Shown here: positions 14,484 through 29,794 of the stretch, piece by piece
How the letters are laid out: every line of letters starts with the position of its first letter
Position numbering within the stretch: position 1 is the stretch's first letter
Origin: the human T2T-CHM13v2.0 reference genome, Homo sapiens
DNA: 64,000 nucleotides
Assembly (NCBI RefSeq): GCF_009914755.1
Contig: NC_060939.1
Strand: one strand, 5' to 3'
Program-made: the position numbers and the translations under genes
The notes under the pieces: model-generated
Databases searched by the model: none
The model's input: only the letters and a program-made list of their open reading frames with translations
What the model was told of the DNA's origin: nothing

Positions 14484-16677
14484 GAGTAAAAATACAGTAA
14501 GTAAAATGAGGTGTTTTGAAAACGTATGGAACCTACCGAAATAATTAAAATATAAGCAGAGGGAGCAGATTTAGCAGTGACAAAAATTAGAATTATTCAT
14601 GGATAACCAATTCTTAGTAATCATGCAGTCATAGCTCACTGCTTTATGCTTAACCAAGAGCTTTAATAAACATTACATTATTTGGGTTTCACAACACCAT
14701 GAGGTGGAAAGCCCTTGTGAACTTATAAAGAGAATAGCAACAGTAATGAATTTGAAATACAACAAAAGAGAATCTGAGAAATTGCCCAGGGACAGAGATT
14801 ATACACACTCATAGCACAGTGGCTCTTGACACCACGTAAGCAAGAGCTCAATACATATCTGTTGAACTGCACCAAACTGATAATACATTCAATACCACTT
14901 TTATTAAAAAAAGAAAGAAAGAAAGAAAGAAAGAGGTAGGAAAAAAAGTACAAAAGCACCTGTGAGAGGGGAGCACTACAGGAAAAACTATGGAAGGCTA
15001 TAAGGTGATTTGTGATCAACGGTTATGTCAGAGAAGTGGTGGCAAAGATGAGGAGACTGTTATTTTGACACTTCTTTATTGTCTGGATTTTCACAATAAG
15101 CATATATAACTTTTGAAATTCAAATGAGTGAAACCAAAATAAAAATGTGCCAGCTAAATTTGTTAACAAAGAATAGGTATTGCTTTTAAAACAAAAAAAT
15201 TCAAATTTTGTATTTTTTAAAAATGAAAGCTAAAACACCCTAGGATTTTGCTATAGTTTGTGACTACTGGATCCTGAAAATGGAACAGTTAACTTAATGA
15301 TCAAATATACTTGACAGAGATCTTGGTGGAGAAAGAAATTTAGATTCCATTAATACATATTGAGCACCACCATCAGATATTAGACACTGTATTAAGCAGC
15401 TATGCAGTAACTTAGGACTTAGAAAGTACCTCAACTCAATTCATGCACATCCTTCCTTATCTATAACCAATTATATCCCCTTCCAGCTTTATAGATAAGC
15501 AACCCCTATACTTTGAACACAAAGTCAAAGATAACTATTTTCTAGTTATCAAAGGCTTCTATTCATGAGAGTCCATGGCATTATTACATTTAAGAACAGT
15601 TAACTTGTCTTTATTTTGCCTAAGCTTGGAGGCACTTAGCTAGAGTAAAATTTGGCAAAACAAAAAGATGACTCATTTTGTCAGGCACTGTAAACTGCCT
15701 ATCAGAGGACAAGGTGTATTTTGCAACTTAAATTCTGAAAAAGGTCATTCTTCCCTCCTCTGGCTCGTAAGTGATTGACTGTTAGGGACTACACCTAGCT
15801 TTCTATTATATGTCTCCTTTAAATTAAGAGGACAAATCTATTATTTGGAAATACACATGGCTCAATCAATTGAATGTGCTTACAAAAATCTTCAACCTCT
15901 TTCAAGAACTCTTTACATGCCGTGCAAACTATTGTTGCATTTGGGCTCTCCCACCCAACTCGCCGCCTTCACTCTCCTCATTCTGGAAAACAGTGCTGTC
16001 GCTAACACGGTGAGCAGCCACAGTGGCTGAACCAGGCTACTCTCTGTCTGTCTTTGCTTGGCACTGGAAAATTCCTTTGTCTTTATACTTAGCAGTAGTG
16101 TAATCTTAGAGAAAGAACTTTAATTGAAGAAGACTTTACTGAAGACTCACTTGGGAGTCCCTAGGTGAGTTTAAAACAGATCATTGAAATCTTTTCCACA
16201 GCTGGGTTTGGTCAGTAGTGCCATTGGGCGGACTGGATCTTCAGCCCAAGCACAATCCCAGTTCCTTTATCGGGAGGTATCTATACCATTCTAGACTAGA
16301 CCAAATTTCGCTCTTCATTTTGATAAAACCAAACTGCTTCCTAAGATTCATTCCATAAATATTTCTTGAGTATTTTGTGCAAAGCAGATTACTAAATACT
16401 GCCAGAGACACAAAAATGAATCCGGCGCCATTCTCAAAGAACTTGTAATGTCTAAGTCTTAAATTGGTAGGACACAAAGGAGAACATTTCAGTACTGACT
16501 TACATTTAAAGAATGATCTGAAAAACACAAAAAGCAGCTACTAATAGAAATAAAATAGGATATACCTTCCAAAACATGAGAATTTAAAAATGCAGAAAAG
16601 TATAGTCAAAAATGCACTTACAGAATTATTAAAATCAAAGCATAAAATAATCAAGGACAGAATATATCAGTGATAAT

Positions 16678-16809
16678 AAGGGTGACCACATAGAACTTAT
16701 CATCCGAGCTACGATTTTAAACGGTGAAAGGCGACACTATTAATAACTTCTCCAAGATGACAGGCATAAACAGGATGTCCTCAGCAACCCACGTTGTAAG
16801 GCCTCCCTA
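16678..16809. mobile_element. MER94-like hAT MITE
   Basis: agggtgaccaca...gtgaaaggcgacactattaataa...caggcataaac...cccta. Confidence 0.65.
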
Positions 16810-17814
16810 GTTATGAAAATAAATAGCTTGCTTTACTCAAAAAGATAGATGAAGTTAGTGGGTTCAAATGCTCAGCTTCTCTACTTTTCCACAAAATCTA
16901 GTAGTCAATGTTTTCGGAATCTTGTAATCAATGAGGCAAAGAAAACAAAATAGGATACACAGAAAGATTCTATGATGAATACAAAGAACAAAACTATGGA
17001 TCTGCTATATTTTAAAATAAACTTAAACTTGGTAATGACTTGTGACCTTGGGAAATAATGTATTTTTATATCACGTAGCGTTCAATATCAATACATTCAA
17101 ATTATTGTTATAATTTTACTAATAAACTGTCACTTTCTACCTGTTTGGGCTTTTCTTAAAGACAATTTTATATTTTAGCATAGGTTTAATGAACTTGGTT
17201 TCGGTTATAAACTTGTCTAACCTCATAAGGGGAAATTTTTCAAATGTATTATCCAAAAAACTCTGGATGTATCTGAATTATGTAGAAATCAGACTTTAAT
17301 GAGCCAAACTCAAATCCAGAAAACACTCAAAGTTACTCTGAGGAGTGAAGATATTTAGAAAGACCTAAGTAAGACTAATGTTCTGTTACCCACAAACTCT
17401 TAGAGCTGTGTTTTCAGGCTGTAAACCGTGCTAGTGTATCTCATGTCTGGGCAGATTAATATATCTACTAATGAAAAACACACACCCAACCTCGTTGCCT
17501 ACTCTAAACTGATGTAGGCCCTTGGGAGAAATTAATTCTTGGGGAACACAGTGAACATGAGAATCAACGAAGATGTACACAAGCTGGTGGCCACATCCTA
17601 GAAACTCAAGTTTCCTAATAAGCTGGACCTCCAGTCTCTCTTTGTGATTTGCTGTCCCTCAAGTTTCCCATATGTAACCTAGAAGCTAAACGCCAACAAA
17701 CTAATGAGTAACTGTAAGAATATCTCCTAGAACTTCCACAGACTCCATTTTCCTCCTGCTCAAACTTCTATTCCATTTCTGTGCTCAGAAGCAGCACCTG
17801 GGAGGGGAGCACAC

Positions 17815-18210
17815 AGTCATTCATTTATTCATTCCCACCCACACTTGAACATGCATCCTAGTAAAGTGCACCCAGGCTCAACATCAGAGATATGCCTAAA
17901 GAATGAGGACCCTTGCCCCAGGAGCTCCGAGACACTAACTGAAAACACAAACAATGTAAAGGAATCAATGTTCTAAGGGAGATCTATTAAAAGAAGTACA
18001 GGAACTCAAAGAAAGGAAAGAGCCAGATGTATCTGTCTGACGCAGTTGGGGAAGGCTTCCAAGAGGCGGTGACATTTAGCTGGCAATGAAGGGAGAAAGA
18101 ACACTTGAGGAGAAGAGACAGCGTGTACCGAGACACAGAGGCATGAAAATCGTGGTATATTCAGGAGTGCTGAGAACTGAAGCATAGGGAGGTCAGAAGA
18201 AGCAGACAGT
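17815..18210 (-). mobile_element. L2 3' fragment
   Basis: cattcatttattcattc tail and ggggaaggcttccaagaggcggtgacattt L2 motif. Confidence 0.65.
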
Positions 18211-18803
18211 GAAGGGTCTCTTTCCAAACTGAGCAGAACTGACGAATCCTCACTGTCAGCTTCTCTCTTCCTTTTGAGGAGCCCAGCTATTTCTCTGCCT
18301 GTCCTTTCCAGTGGTTTTGCCCCTTACAAAGGGAAAGACCCGGGTTCTAGATCAACTCTCAAACTATCAGCTGCCCAAGCTTGGAGGAGACCCAGCCTCT
18401 CTGTGAGTCTCAGATTATTTATAGGAGAAAGGGCCTACAGAACCTATGAAACTCAAGGGTTCTATATGCAGAGTATCAAAAATCATTAGAGCATATTTTC
18501 ATTTTTAATAATCATAGTAAGTGAGAAGAATCAGTAACAGTGTTTCAAATAATCTCAGCTATACAACTACACAGAAAATAAAATTATAGCTAATAAGCAA
18601 TGGCTGGGATAGTGTAATTTGCTGAGCAAGTCAAAATCCTTTCAGTTTTTTAATATGCAAAATGAAGAGAAATTTACCACTAAAGTTTGTTTCAAGGCTT
18701 AAGTAAGAAAACAAACAAAACTGACTCAGTGAACACCTGGCATGCAGTTGGTACTAAATAAACGTTGGTTAAATCTAATTTGATATATCTTTCAAGTGCA
18801 TTA

Positions 18804-19139
<336 letters not shown>

Positions 19140-19927
19140 TTAACAAAATATATGCAAATATAGTGAAACTGATTATGTAAACTGTTTAGAAAGTGAAAAT
19201 TTACTATTGTCATTTTAGAAAATTGAAGGCTTGTGGTTTTGAAGAAAAACAACTATTATACAATAAATCTACTAATTGCTCATTTTGTTTAGAGCTAAAA
19301 AAAATGTTCCTCTTTCCTTTCCACCCCTATTCCCAGGGGACAGAAAATGTACCTTTGATTTCCAAGCATATCTGATTTCTTCCAGTCATTATAGAGTCAA
19401 ATAATAAAACAAATTCAGATACAACAGTGAAGGAATAACAACTTTTACTTCAATTCTACACTTGAATCAATAGACTCAAATCCTTAGAAATATGATCATC
19501 AATGCAATTATGTGCTGAACTGCTAAATTAACAGTCATCTGGGAAACATAAAACAAAACTAGTGACAATGTGCTTCTAATTGCATGGGGGTTCAGGATAT
19601 TAGTGATATTTTATATTCTGCTTCATTGCTCACTAAACAGCATATATTTTCATAATAATGCTTTTTTCCAACTAGAAACAACCAAAGGTGTCATAACTCA
19701 ATTTCCAAGATGAAGAGAAAACAAAAATAGAGAAAATATATACAGTTGAAACAATGCCTTTAGTAGTTGGAAGAGGGGTAGGAGGGGCAAGAGAATGAAA
19801 AAAAGGGCCAAAATAAATTTAAATGCCTGCTTTGAAGTCATTCTTCAGGTTGAAACAGCAGGCTAAATCAATTTCAACTCCTCTATATTAATGATTCAGT
19901 CATCTCTAAGCCTCCAGTAATAAAAAG

Positions 19928-19983
19928 TGCCTGCCTGCCTGCCTACCTGCTGCCTGCCCTGCCTGCCAACCTGCCTGCCTGCC
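19928..19983. repeat. (GCCT)n imperfect tetranucleotide repeat
   Basis: Directly visible. Confidence 0.85.
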
Positions 19984-21377
19984 ATGTGTAAGACTCTGGG
20001 CTAGGCAGGGGGATATAGTCTATAACCTACAATGAGAAGTCCTGGGTTGTGTTAACGAAACTGTAGCACAGTAAAGCACAAAATCTACTGAGCATTCATA
20101 TGCCGTTAACCCTAAGGCCCTTTATAAACAGTTACAGGCTACACGTTTTACACATGGGCACTGGTGTGGACAGAGCACAGGCTCATGCATGCGCTGACAT
20201 TGAAATTGCACTCTGTTTCTCTGTGATTTGATGAAAATCTGTGGGAAAGGCTGCCCCCTTGTGTTCATCTCAGTGCAGTTGTGACCCTGCTAGAGCTGGA
20301 ACATTGCAGATGCCTTTTACCATCATCCCATGATGGCTTCAGAGAGGGGACTTCGGCCTGCTCAGTCTCTACCCAAAATCAAGGCCAGTGTAAACGAGAA
20401 AGTGCCAATGCTTCTGAGCTCGTTCAAGTCCAAGAAAGCCATTCTGGACCTCTCCCGAGGCACAGCCAAGTGAGCTAGTCCTCATGGATCCAATCAGGAT
20501 AACTATTTTGTTTTGTTTAAAAAACAAAAAACTCCTGCTTATGAGAAGAGATCTTTGGAAGGATGGAATTCCTCTATGTCAAATGGCCTCTGGACCTCTG
20601 GCTGTCTGAATGTCACTTAAAGCAACCCACAGATAGAGAAGAGGGCACAGAGGGTACTGAAAACAGCAACGTAACTAAGAAATACAGGAAAACCCAAGAC
20701 ATGGACAGTGGAAAAGGTGAGGAAGGGTCCTGGAAAACCAACCAGGAGAGAAAGGAAGGCCATAGAGATTCATCTACCTCAACTTCCTTCTATGCAGATG
20801 CAGTTTCAGGTCTGGAAATTCCCACAAAGTGGCCAACTTGCCAGAGGTCCCACTGGTAAAATCCAGTGCTGTTTCTCCAACCAGAGGATGCCTTATTTAC
20901 TAGTTTGCGATCAAAACTGTGAAGCACCTACAAATAATTTGGAAGACTAAGCACCCAGTATGAGAAACCTAACCTAGTGATCAATATAGAACCAAACATA
21001 TAGTAAGCACAAAATAAATGTGAGTAAATGATTAGGATATAAAATTAAGCCAATAAAGATTTCACTTTTCAGAGGAAAAAATAGTTCACTGCATTAAAAA
21101 AAAACAAAACCTGCTTTTTTTCTTTTTAAAAATCTTTGGATCCTGAGAAAGGAAGGCTTATGAAAGACACCTTATATTCCTTCCTCCCTCTCTCACATCC
21201 TTCCACCTCCAAATCCCAAGTCCAAAAACAGATAAAATTAGGGAGAGGCTATGTCAATGCAGGAAAAGGTCTTATCCAAAAGCCAAAAACTTTGAAAAAT
21301 GGAACTAGATTAAAGGCCACCCAGGTATATTAGAATTAACTTATGACACTAAGATAGCAGTTGGTTGCTCCAGAAGT

Positions 21378-21408
21378 TGAGAAAGAGAGAGAGAGAAAGA
21401 GAGAGAGA
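21378..21408. repeat. (GA)n imperfect microsatellite
   Basis: Directly visible. Confidence 0.85.
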
Positions 21409-22957
21409 TCCCGGGCTTCACAAATATCCGAGAGTAAGAAGGCCAAGGGCATAAGTCTTTGTCTCAGGGAAGACCCTCAGGCAAAAGTAGTTCTGGCTGC
21501 TGCCTTCTGGCTCAATTGGAGACAGCTAGGACTGCGGCCCGCAAAATAAGACCTTGTATGAAAATGGAAAAGGCTACTCCCTCAAAAGAAACTAGTGCTG
21601 GGATAATTTTAACTGTTTCAAATCATTTATTTGGTAATAATAAAGAAACCAGAACAACATAATGCTGGGTTTAAGCTGCAGTCCCAGCTTTAGCTCCCTA
21701 GTGAACTTATTTAAATTCACACACATGAATTTATTTCTTACTATGTATGCATGTATTATGCATAGATAGAAGTCTGGAAGAATACACCGATAACACCTGT
21801 AGGAATCAGCCCTAGGAAGGCAACTTGCTTAGCTTTTTCTATATAATTACCTTTACAGTAAAAGAGTGGTCATAATTTACTTCTGTAAATAAGATGTCTT
21901 AACATAGACATTTAATGTATCGCAGGAGATAAAATCATTTCAAGTTTATATAGAATAAATGTTTAAAAATAGCCCCCAATTATTAAAGCTAAAAGTGACA
22001 GAACCAGATTCAAAAATGAATTATTGATACCCTCAAAATCAAACAATACAGGCTTGCAAATACAGCAGAATAGAAAACAGCATCCAGAAACAAACTACAG
22101 TTGTATGGGAAACGTGGTAGTGAAACAGCGGGGAAGGAAGCAGGGGCAGGGGCAAGTTTATTTGATATACTGTGCTGGCACAACACCTATGCATCGGGAA
22201 AAAAACAAACCTGAATACCCAAGCTTATGCATTACCTGGGTCATGCCCTAGAAAGGCTTAGCCAGGCACATGAGAGTTATAGAACGTAAAACATTCAAAG
22301 AAAAACACAAGGAAGAGTACAAATGCCAAAATAAATGGTAGAAAATAAGAGAATTTTTTTAAAAAAGAGGGAAAGCAGTAGTGGAGCTTAAGTCTATACA
22401 GCACACCTATGAGAATACTATACAAAATAACAACTTTAGGCAGAGGCAATTGAGTCTTGCCTTCCCTTGGCAGCAACCTTAGCTCAGGAGACTGGAAACC
22501 GGCTCCAAGCAGCTTCTGGGGGGTAATCTTGGCTTTACAAAAGCCTGGGACAATGTTCTCCCCTCCTGTTGACTGGACCATGGCACAGAGAAAAGAACAG
22601 AAAGATACTCAGAATATTTCTGCTTCTCTTAACATCAAATGGCCTCACCTTTTTTCAGTCCAGGACATACCTGGGAGCCTCCCAGAACACAGTGAGGGCA
22701 GGAAGAACCAGTTAGTTTCAGTGTACTATCTGAGCTAAACAAAAAATCCCCAGTGATAACATCATCTTGGCTCTGGGAGTTGAATAATCCGAACACATTA
22801 AAACATCACTACTCTGATATTCTTTAATAAGAAATGTTCAGACCAAGAAAGTATTTTGCTTTCACCTAAAATTCCAGTAGATTTATACTGAAAAGCCAAT
22901 GTATTCACTTCTAAAGAAATATTTCTATACTTTCTATCTCCCTTATGTACTTGAGAA

Positions 22958-23157
22958 TTTTTTTTTTAAGACAGTGTTCCACTCTGTCACCCAGGCCAGG
23001 GTGCAGTGGCACGATCACAGCTCACTGTAGCTCCAACCTCTTGGGCTCAAGCAATCTTCCACCTGGGTAGCTGAGACTACATGCAAGTGCCACCATGCCT
23101 GTTTTTTTATTTTTCTATTGTTTGTAGAAACGGGGTCCCACTATGTTGCCAAGGCTG
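22958..23157 (-). mobile_element. 5'-truncated Alu (AluJ-like)
   Basis: Right arm plus part of left arm; flanking tgagaat duplication. Confidence 0.85.
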
Positions 23158-24869
23158 CCTGAGAATATTTTAAACTTTGAAGAAAATAAATGATGAACAC
23201 TAAATAGCTTCTGGCTGCTCATGTATTCCCTCGCCTAAGCGTATTAAGTGATTAATTGATTCATGCATTCAACCAATATACATTGAACACTCAAGAGATC
23301 TTCACCAGGAATAATTAAGTGTGAAGACTTGGGAGGCCCAGTCCTTAGGGAATTTGCAGTTAGTCCTCTCTAAATCAGCAGGTCTGGGTGTTAGGAAGGT
23401 AAAAGCTCTGTGCTCATCTACAAAGGAGAGGGGGACTTTCTTCCCTAAGCAAAGATAACTAACTCTCCTCACTCTATGTATAAAACCAGAAAAAGGCCAA
23501 GTGTTTTTTAAAAGACCATAATATATTGTGTTCCAGGGAAGAATCTACGTGCTTGCAACCCCTACTGCTCTTAACATAATTCTGGAGGTTCAGTTGAGGA
23601 TTTTCCTTGTAAACGATATCTTAAAAGAATAAATATATCCTTTTATTTTAATAAAACAAATTATACTGCAATTGTGTGGGCTGCTTTGTATTTGTGAACC
23701 ATTATTTTGTCAGAATATCATTTTAGAAGAACATATGCCCATTTTTATAGTTAATAACTTCTTGCAAAAAAAAAAAAAAAAAAAGAACTCAAACTTTCAC
23801 TCTGAATCTACCCCACACAGCTAATGGCTTTGTTGAACAGGCATATGGCTTGTCAGAGAAGAATCTGGGACAATATGGTTACTACTGTTTCCTTCTCCAC
23901 TTTGTCTGTAAGCTTGTATTAATACATATGCCTCCCAGTAGAAAACTCTCTCCCTCCTCCTACTTTAAGCCACAGGTTCTGCATCAGCCACTCCTCCTTC
24001 TCCAAAATGTCTACTTGCGGAGTCACACTCCAACCCGAATCTGGAGTGGGGCTCCAACATCAATGTTGACAATTCAGGAGTTTTAAGGATTCACTCCTTT
24101 TGCCTTGGTTCTCAGAAAAACTAATTCCCTCTATCACCTCTGCTATTTCAAACTTCCTCTTAAAAGCTATCAAAAAGTTTTGAATCTTTGCAACACTGAA
24201 TAAGAATGGAGAGGGAAAGTCAGAGTTTCAGCAACAGACAGTGAATCTGATTTCTTTTCTACATATATTGCTGGACGACGTCTTTCAGATCAACTTCACT
24301 AGAACAAAAGAGTACTTTTCCCCCAGAAAAGTACTCTTTTCCTATTTTTTTTAGTAGCCTACTTAAATTCTTTGGATTAAAAAAAATTGCATTTAAATAA
24401 ATGACATTTTTTAAAAGGGGAAAGCATTCTTTAATCTTCATAATTAAGTGCTTCACTTATCATTTTCTTTCTTTATGTGTGACTTTGGAGGTCTATTTGT
24501 TAATTATAATATTTCCCAAGGAAATCAGTGATAACAATTATGTTGCTTAATTGACATTTTGCTTTTTGATATTTTTTTGAAATGAAATAATGTGCATCAT
24601 CCCACAGGATCTTCGGAGCTGCCTTCCATGATCCTCAGCTCACAAATAAGAAACCAAGGATCGGTGAGGCAGAAGAGAGGATCAGAGAGGTTGAAGAGAA
24701 GATCAGAGAGGCCTGTTGCCCAGGGCTACAAGGCTTAAAAGTTAGCTGAACTAGAATTTTAACCCAAAATATTCTATTTCCAAATTAAACACTTTTTACC
24801 TCTCTACTCAATTATATGGGATAAATTCTACAAGACACCACCAGCAAACTCAAGGAAAGATATTAATAG

Positions 24870-25176
<307 letters not shown>

Positions 25177-25435
25177 TGTTCCCTAACTTTTTGAAGAAAA
25201 AACTCGTTAATATTTAAGATATAAAAACAGGTAAAAGAAAACTAAAACAGACAATATAGGTCCACTACTCATCTTAAGAAACAGACCTTAACTAATACTT
25301 GTGTATTTCTCCTCAGTCATGTCCTCTCTCAAGATAACCATTAACTTGTACTTACTGTTTATTTCTCTGTGCATTTATTTATTTTTTATTGCATATATAT
25401 CTGTTCTTAAACAATATATGGCATGTACATGTTTT

Positions 25436-25743
25436 GTTTTTTGGGTTTTTTTGAGACGGAGTCTCGCTCTGTCGCCCAAGCTGGAGTGCAGTGGCGTGTG
25501 GCGCAATCTTGGCTCACTGCAACCTCTGCCTTCCGGGTTCAAGCAATTCTCTGCCTCAGCCTCCGGAGTAGGTGGGATTATAGGTGCCCACCACCACGCC
25601 CGGCAAATTTTTGTATTTTTAGTAGAGACAGGGTTTCATCATGTTGGCCAGGCTGGTCTTGAACTCCCAACCTCGTGATCCACTCACTCCCCCTTGGCCT
25701 CCCAAAGTGTTGGGATTACAGGCGTGAGCCACCGCGCCTGGCC
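25436..25743 (-). mobile_element. Alu (AluS-like) inside an old antisense L1 3' end (about 25200-26230)
   Basis: TSD acatgtttt; flanks show L1ME 3' motifs (tataatattccattgtg, acctagaagtgggattgct). Confidence 0.9.
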
Positions 25744-27606
25744 ACATGTTTTTAACCTTTATATAAGTGGTCTGCAACTTGCTTGTTTTTAAAATTAATT
25801 CTATTTGTGAGACTGACTGAAGTTGATACATATAATGTACTTCATTCATCTTCACGAATGTATAATATTCCATTGTGCACCATAATCTACTTATCTATTC
25901 TTCTGCCAATGGATATTTAGGGTGTGTCCCTTTTTCTGCTTTCATAAACAGTGCTACTATAAATATCCTTGTACTTGTCTCTTTAAGAGTGTACTTAAAG
26001 CTCCTCTAAGATACACACCTAGAAGTGGGATTGCTACATCCTGTTGTCAAGTATTTTTTCAAGTGGTTGTATCAATTTACAACAACAGTTTACAAATGTT
26101 TGAACTGCTCCATATCTGTAACACAGAACACTGTCAGATTTTAACATTTTTGTCATTTTAATGGTTATGAAAGGACATTTCACCGAGATTTTAAAATGCA
26201 TTTCCTTGATTACTTCACATCTAATGTCTGCCACATGTCATGTTTCAGGTCATACTAGAAACATGTTTCTCTATCCAGTATCACCTTTCTCCTAATCATA
26301 TACTTTACATTTTCTGGAAAGACCGAAAGACCTGCCAAGTCTTTATAATAACTGCCACTACTCAAAATTCATACTTACTGTTATAACTGAAAATCACCTT
26401 TCCCCCAAGCTATCTTCATAGTCTTTAAAAAATACCTTTCCTTTTGGAAATCAAAAAAAAAAAAATCTACTTAACCAATTTACCCCTGTCTTACAACTTG
26501 CACTCCAATCAGACTATATCAATTTATGGGCGTAAGAGAGTATATTTCCACCTTCTTCAAAGCCCTTTTGACAATCACTTGCTTTTCTGTTGGAAAAAAT
26601 CAAATCTGAACTTATCAACCAAAAGACTATTGTGTGAACCATCAAGGATATCTTCCTAACCTGCATGAAACCATATAAATGTCAAATTATTTCTCCATTC
26701 TGTCATGTGCCAAAAATACTAAGAATAGAGGTCAAATGTCTCACTATCTGTTCCTTGAGTATGACCTTTGCTTGGCTCATTACCGCCCACCTACTCTTTC
26801 CTCCTTCCTATATCTGACATTTGACCTGCTAGTGTCTTATTAGTTTAGCTAAATTCCAGGCTCTGGCCTCTCTGGCCTGCCCAGTGTTGGCATGACAACT
26901 ATGCTGATAAATACTCAACTCACGAAGTATGTTTCCAGCATATCTTTGGAAGAGAATATGATCTGCAGTCTATTCATTATTATGTGCAAGTTCTAAATAC
27001 AATTGTTCACTTTTTCAACTACTGTACCTGAAATAGGATTAGTAGGGCCAAAACCACAGATGGAAATGAAGAAAACTGCAACAAGCCTATCAGCTGAGTT
27101 TGCAGGAGGTGGCTCTATGGCAGGGGAGACTGTCCCCTCTTTCCCAACAGGAAGCAAGAGGACCTAATGCTTGAGAGAAGATGGTCTCACGAGCATTTCC
27201 TCCAAGCTTGTAACTAGGGAAGCCCCAAATCATGAATAGCCTATAGTCCCTCTGGCACTTTACTCAAGACAGTCTTATATTTCAATGTCTATGCAATGCT
27301 CACTGGACTACCCATCTCCACTTCTTCCCAGAACCTCATTACCGTCCAATTTAGTCAAGGTATAATCTAATGATTTGCTAGCAAATGCTCGTTGTGGCTT
27401 TTCCATGCATCTACCAGTTTTCAGAATCTTATTCTGTCCAAAACCTTCCTTCTTAACAGATGGCTATGTTTTCTACATTGTTGAGTTGGAAGAGACTATA
27501 AACCTTGTATTATTGACCATTTAAGTTTTTCATTGCATCTTTTATCTTTCCTCTTTTCCTACCTATTTTCCACTGATACAACAAGTATAATCAAACTCCA
27601 GTAAAT

Positions 27607-27634
<28 letters not shown>
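27607..27634. repeat. (CA)n microsatellite
   Basis: Directly visible. Confidence 0.9.
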
Positions 27635-27637
<3 letters not shown>

Positions 27638-29330
27638 TTTGACTCAACTATTCCTTCAAACTGTTAACCCATTTTGCTCCTTTCTTTAACTGACAAATTT
27701 CAACAAAAACTGTTCCAATTATCTCTCATTTCATCTTCCCTAATTATCTGGCCTCTACATTGTTAAATGTCATTTAAGAGTAAAAGAGGAATATACTCTT
27801 TGAAGATGGAGGGGAAGAGAATTCCCATCAAATAATCCTTTGTTCTTATACAATATCTATGGCAGCAATGGGCTTATTAGTAGATAAACAGTTATTAGAT
27901 TATGAAGCTGTATTAATCTATGTATTCAAAAGAACTTATATAGTCATTGCCAGTTACTTCAGACAGTGAAAATGAGAATTAACAGACACATCTTAAGTTG
28001 TAAAATAAGCATTTTATCAACCTGTATGCTAACAATCTGATCTGGGTGATAGACAAGGGGACTCCCACCTTCCCATAACCTGCTCAGCAGCTTCAAGAGC
28101 TAAAGAAATCAGTGGCTTGTCACATCTGTAAAAGGCAACTGTAATCCACTAGTCGCAAAGCATTGAATTAGAGTACACATAAAAATATGATAAAGAGAAT
28201 ATAGCATATCAAATAAAAGAAATTCATTCCAAATTATACTAAGATTCAGACCATAAATGATTTCCTTTGAGAAAAAAACAAACCAAATCTCAATTAGAAA
28301 ATTAAAATATAAAGTCATCTATGATAAGCAGGAACCAAGACTTAAAGATGATACATAATATATTAGAAGAATTGTAGTATATAAAGAATGGGTTATTTAA
28401 GGGCAGAAGGAAAGATACAATGTAACAAGTCATCAGTAAGACATCAAGAGAAAAGGAAAAAAACTCAAGTAATATGGAAACATATTAAATAACTACAGAT
28501 ACAGAAGTAAATATCCCATCTTAATAAATATTATTATGGGATCAAGGAAAGTTACTTAATCTTTGTGTCAATTTTCCCATCTGTGAAATGTATGTATCTC
28601 ATTTGGCAGGGAATAAAGAAGATAATCACTTCCGAATATTTAGTATAATTTCTAGCACATAGTAAGCTCTAACTGATGTTAATTATTGTCATGAATATAA
28701 TCAGTATTAACACTGGTCTCCATTACAAATAAACTGGATAGTCAATCTGATTACCTATGAGCATAAAGTATCAAAACTGACATAAGAAACAGTAAAAAGA
28801 ACCTGAAAGGGACAATAACAATTAACAACTAACCAAATATAGCTGACTTCATGGGTGCTAATATCCAAAATTTTAGGGACCAGAAAATTGCTATGCCATT
28901 TAAACAGACTAGAGAACAATAAAAACCATCCCCTAATTTGTGATTTGTTTCATGCACCTAATATAATGCTGATATCAAAACTCCACAAATACAAATATAC
29001 ACAAAAAACTACAGACCAAACTTACAAATATAAACGTTTTACTAAACTACTGACAAACTGAGTTCACTGCTCAATAATATACTTGAAATACACTCACCTA
29101 ATACTGTATTCCAGAAATAAAAACTGGCTTAATATTAGGAAATGTGTTAATATGATTCATGGCATAAGAGGATCCAAAATAAAACCCTCGTATGTGTCAC
29201 CTGAAAGATGTAGAAAAGACCATTTGATAAATCTCATTATCTACCCACATTTTAAAAATTAACCTAGTAAACAGAAAAAGGAGGATACTTCCTTTTCATT
29301 ATAAAAAACTAACCCTAATCTCAAGGTAAC

Positions 29331-29353
29331 ATATATATATATTTATGTGTGTG

Positions 29354-29391
<38 letters not shown>

Positions 29392-29420
29392 TATAACATA
29401 TATAGATAACATGTATATAT
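29331..29420. repeat. Compound (TA)n/(TG)n/(CA)n microsatellite
   Basis: Directly visible. Confidence 0.9.
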
Positions 29421-29794
29421 AAATTCCTCTAACTTAACAAATGAAACAAAGATTCTTATTGCACCACTATTTAACACTGTTCTGAAAGTTGCAGCAAATG
29501 CATTTAAACGAAGGCAGGGAAAGCTATATTCAAAGAAGGGATTGTCTCCAAGAGAAAAATATACAGGTTAAAAAACAGTATAGGAAGTATGATTTTTAAA
29601 TTAAAAAATGCTACTGAACTGTGTACTTTTTAAAATAGTTCAGATGGTAAATTTTATGTTGTGTTTTCTTACCACAATTTTAAAAAATATGCATATATAT
29701 GGACAGAAAAAGACTGATGGTTACCCCTATAGTAAGCAATAACTCTTATTTAGCTTATCTGCATTTTCAAAGTTGAGAATAATTGATTGATTGA

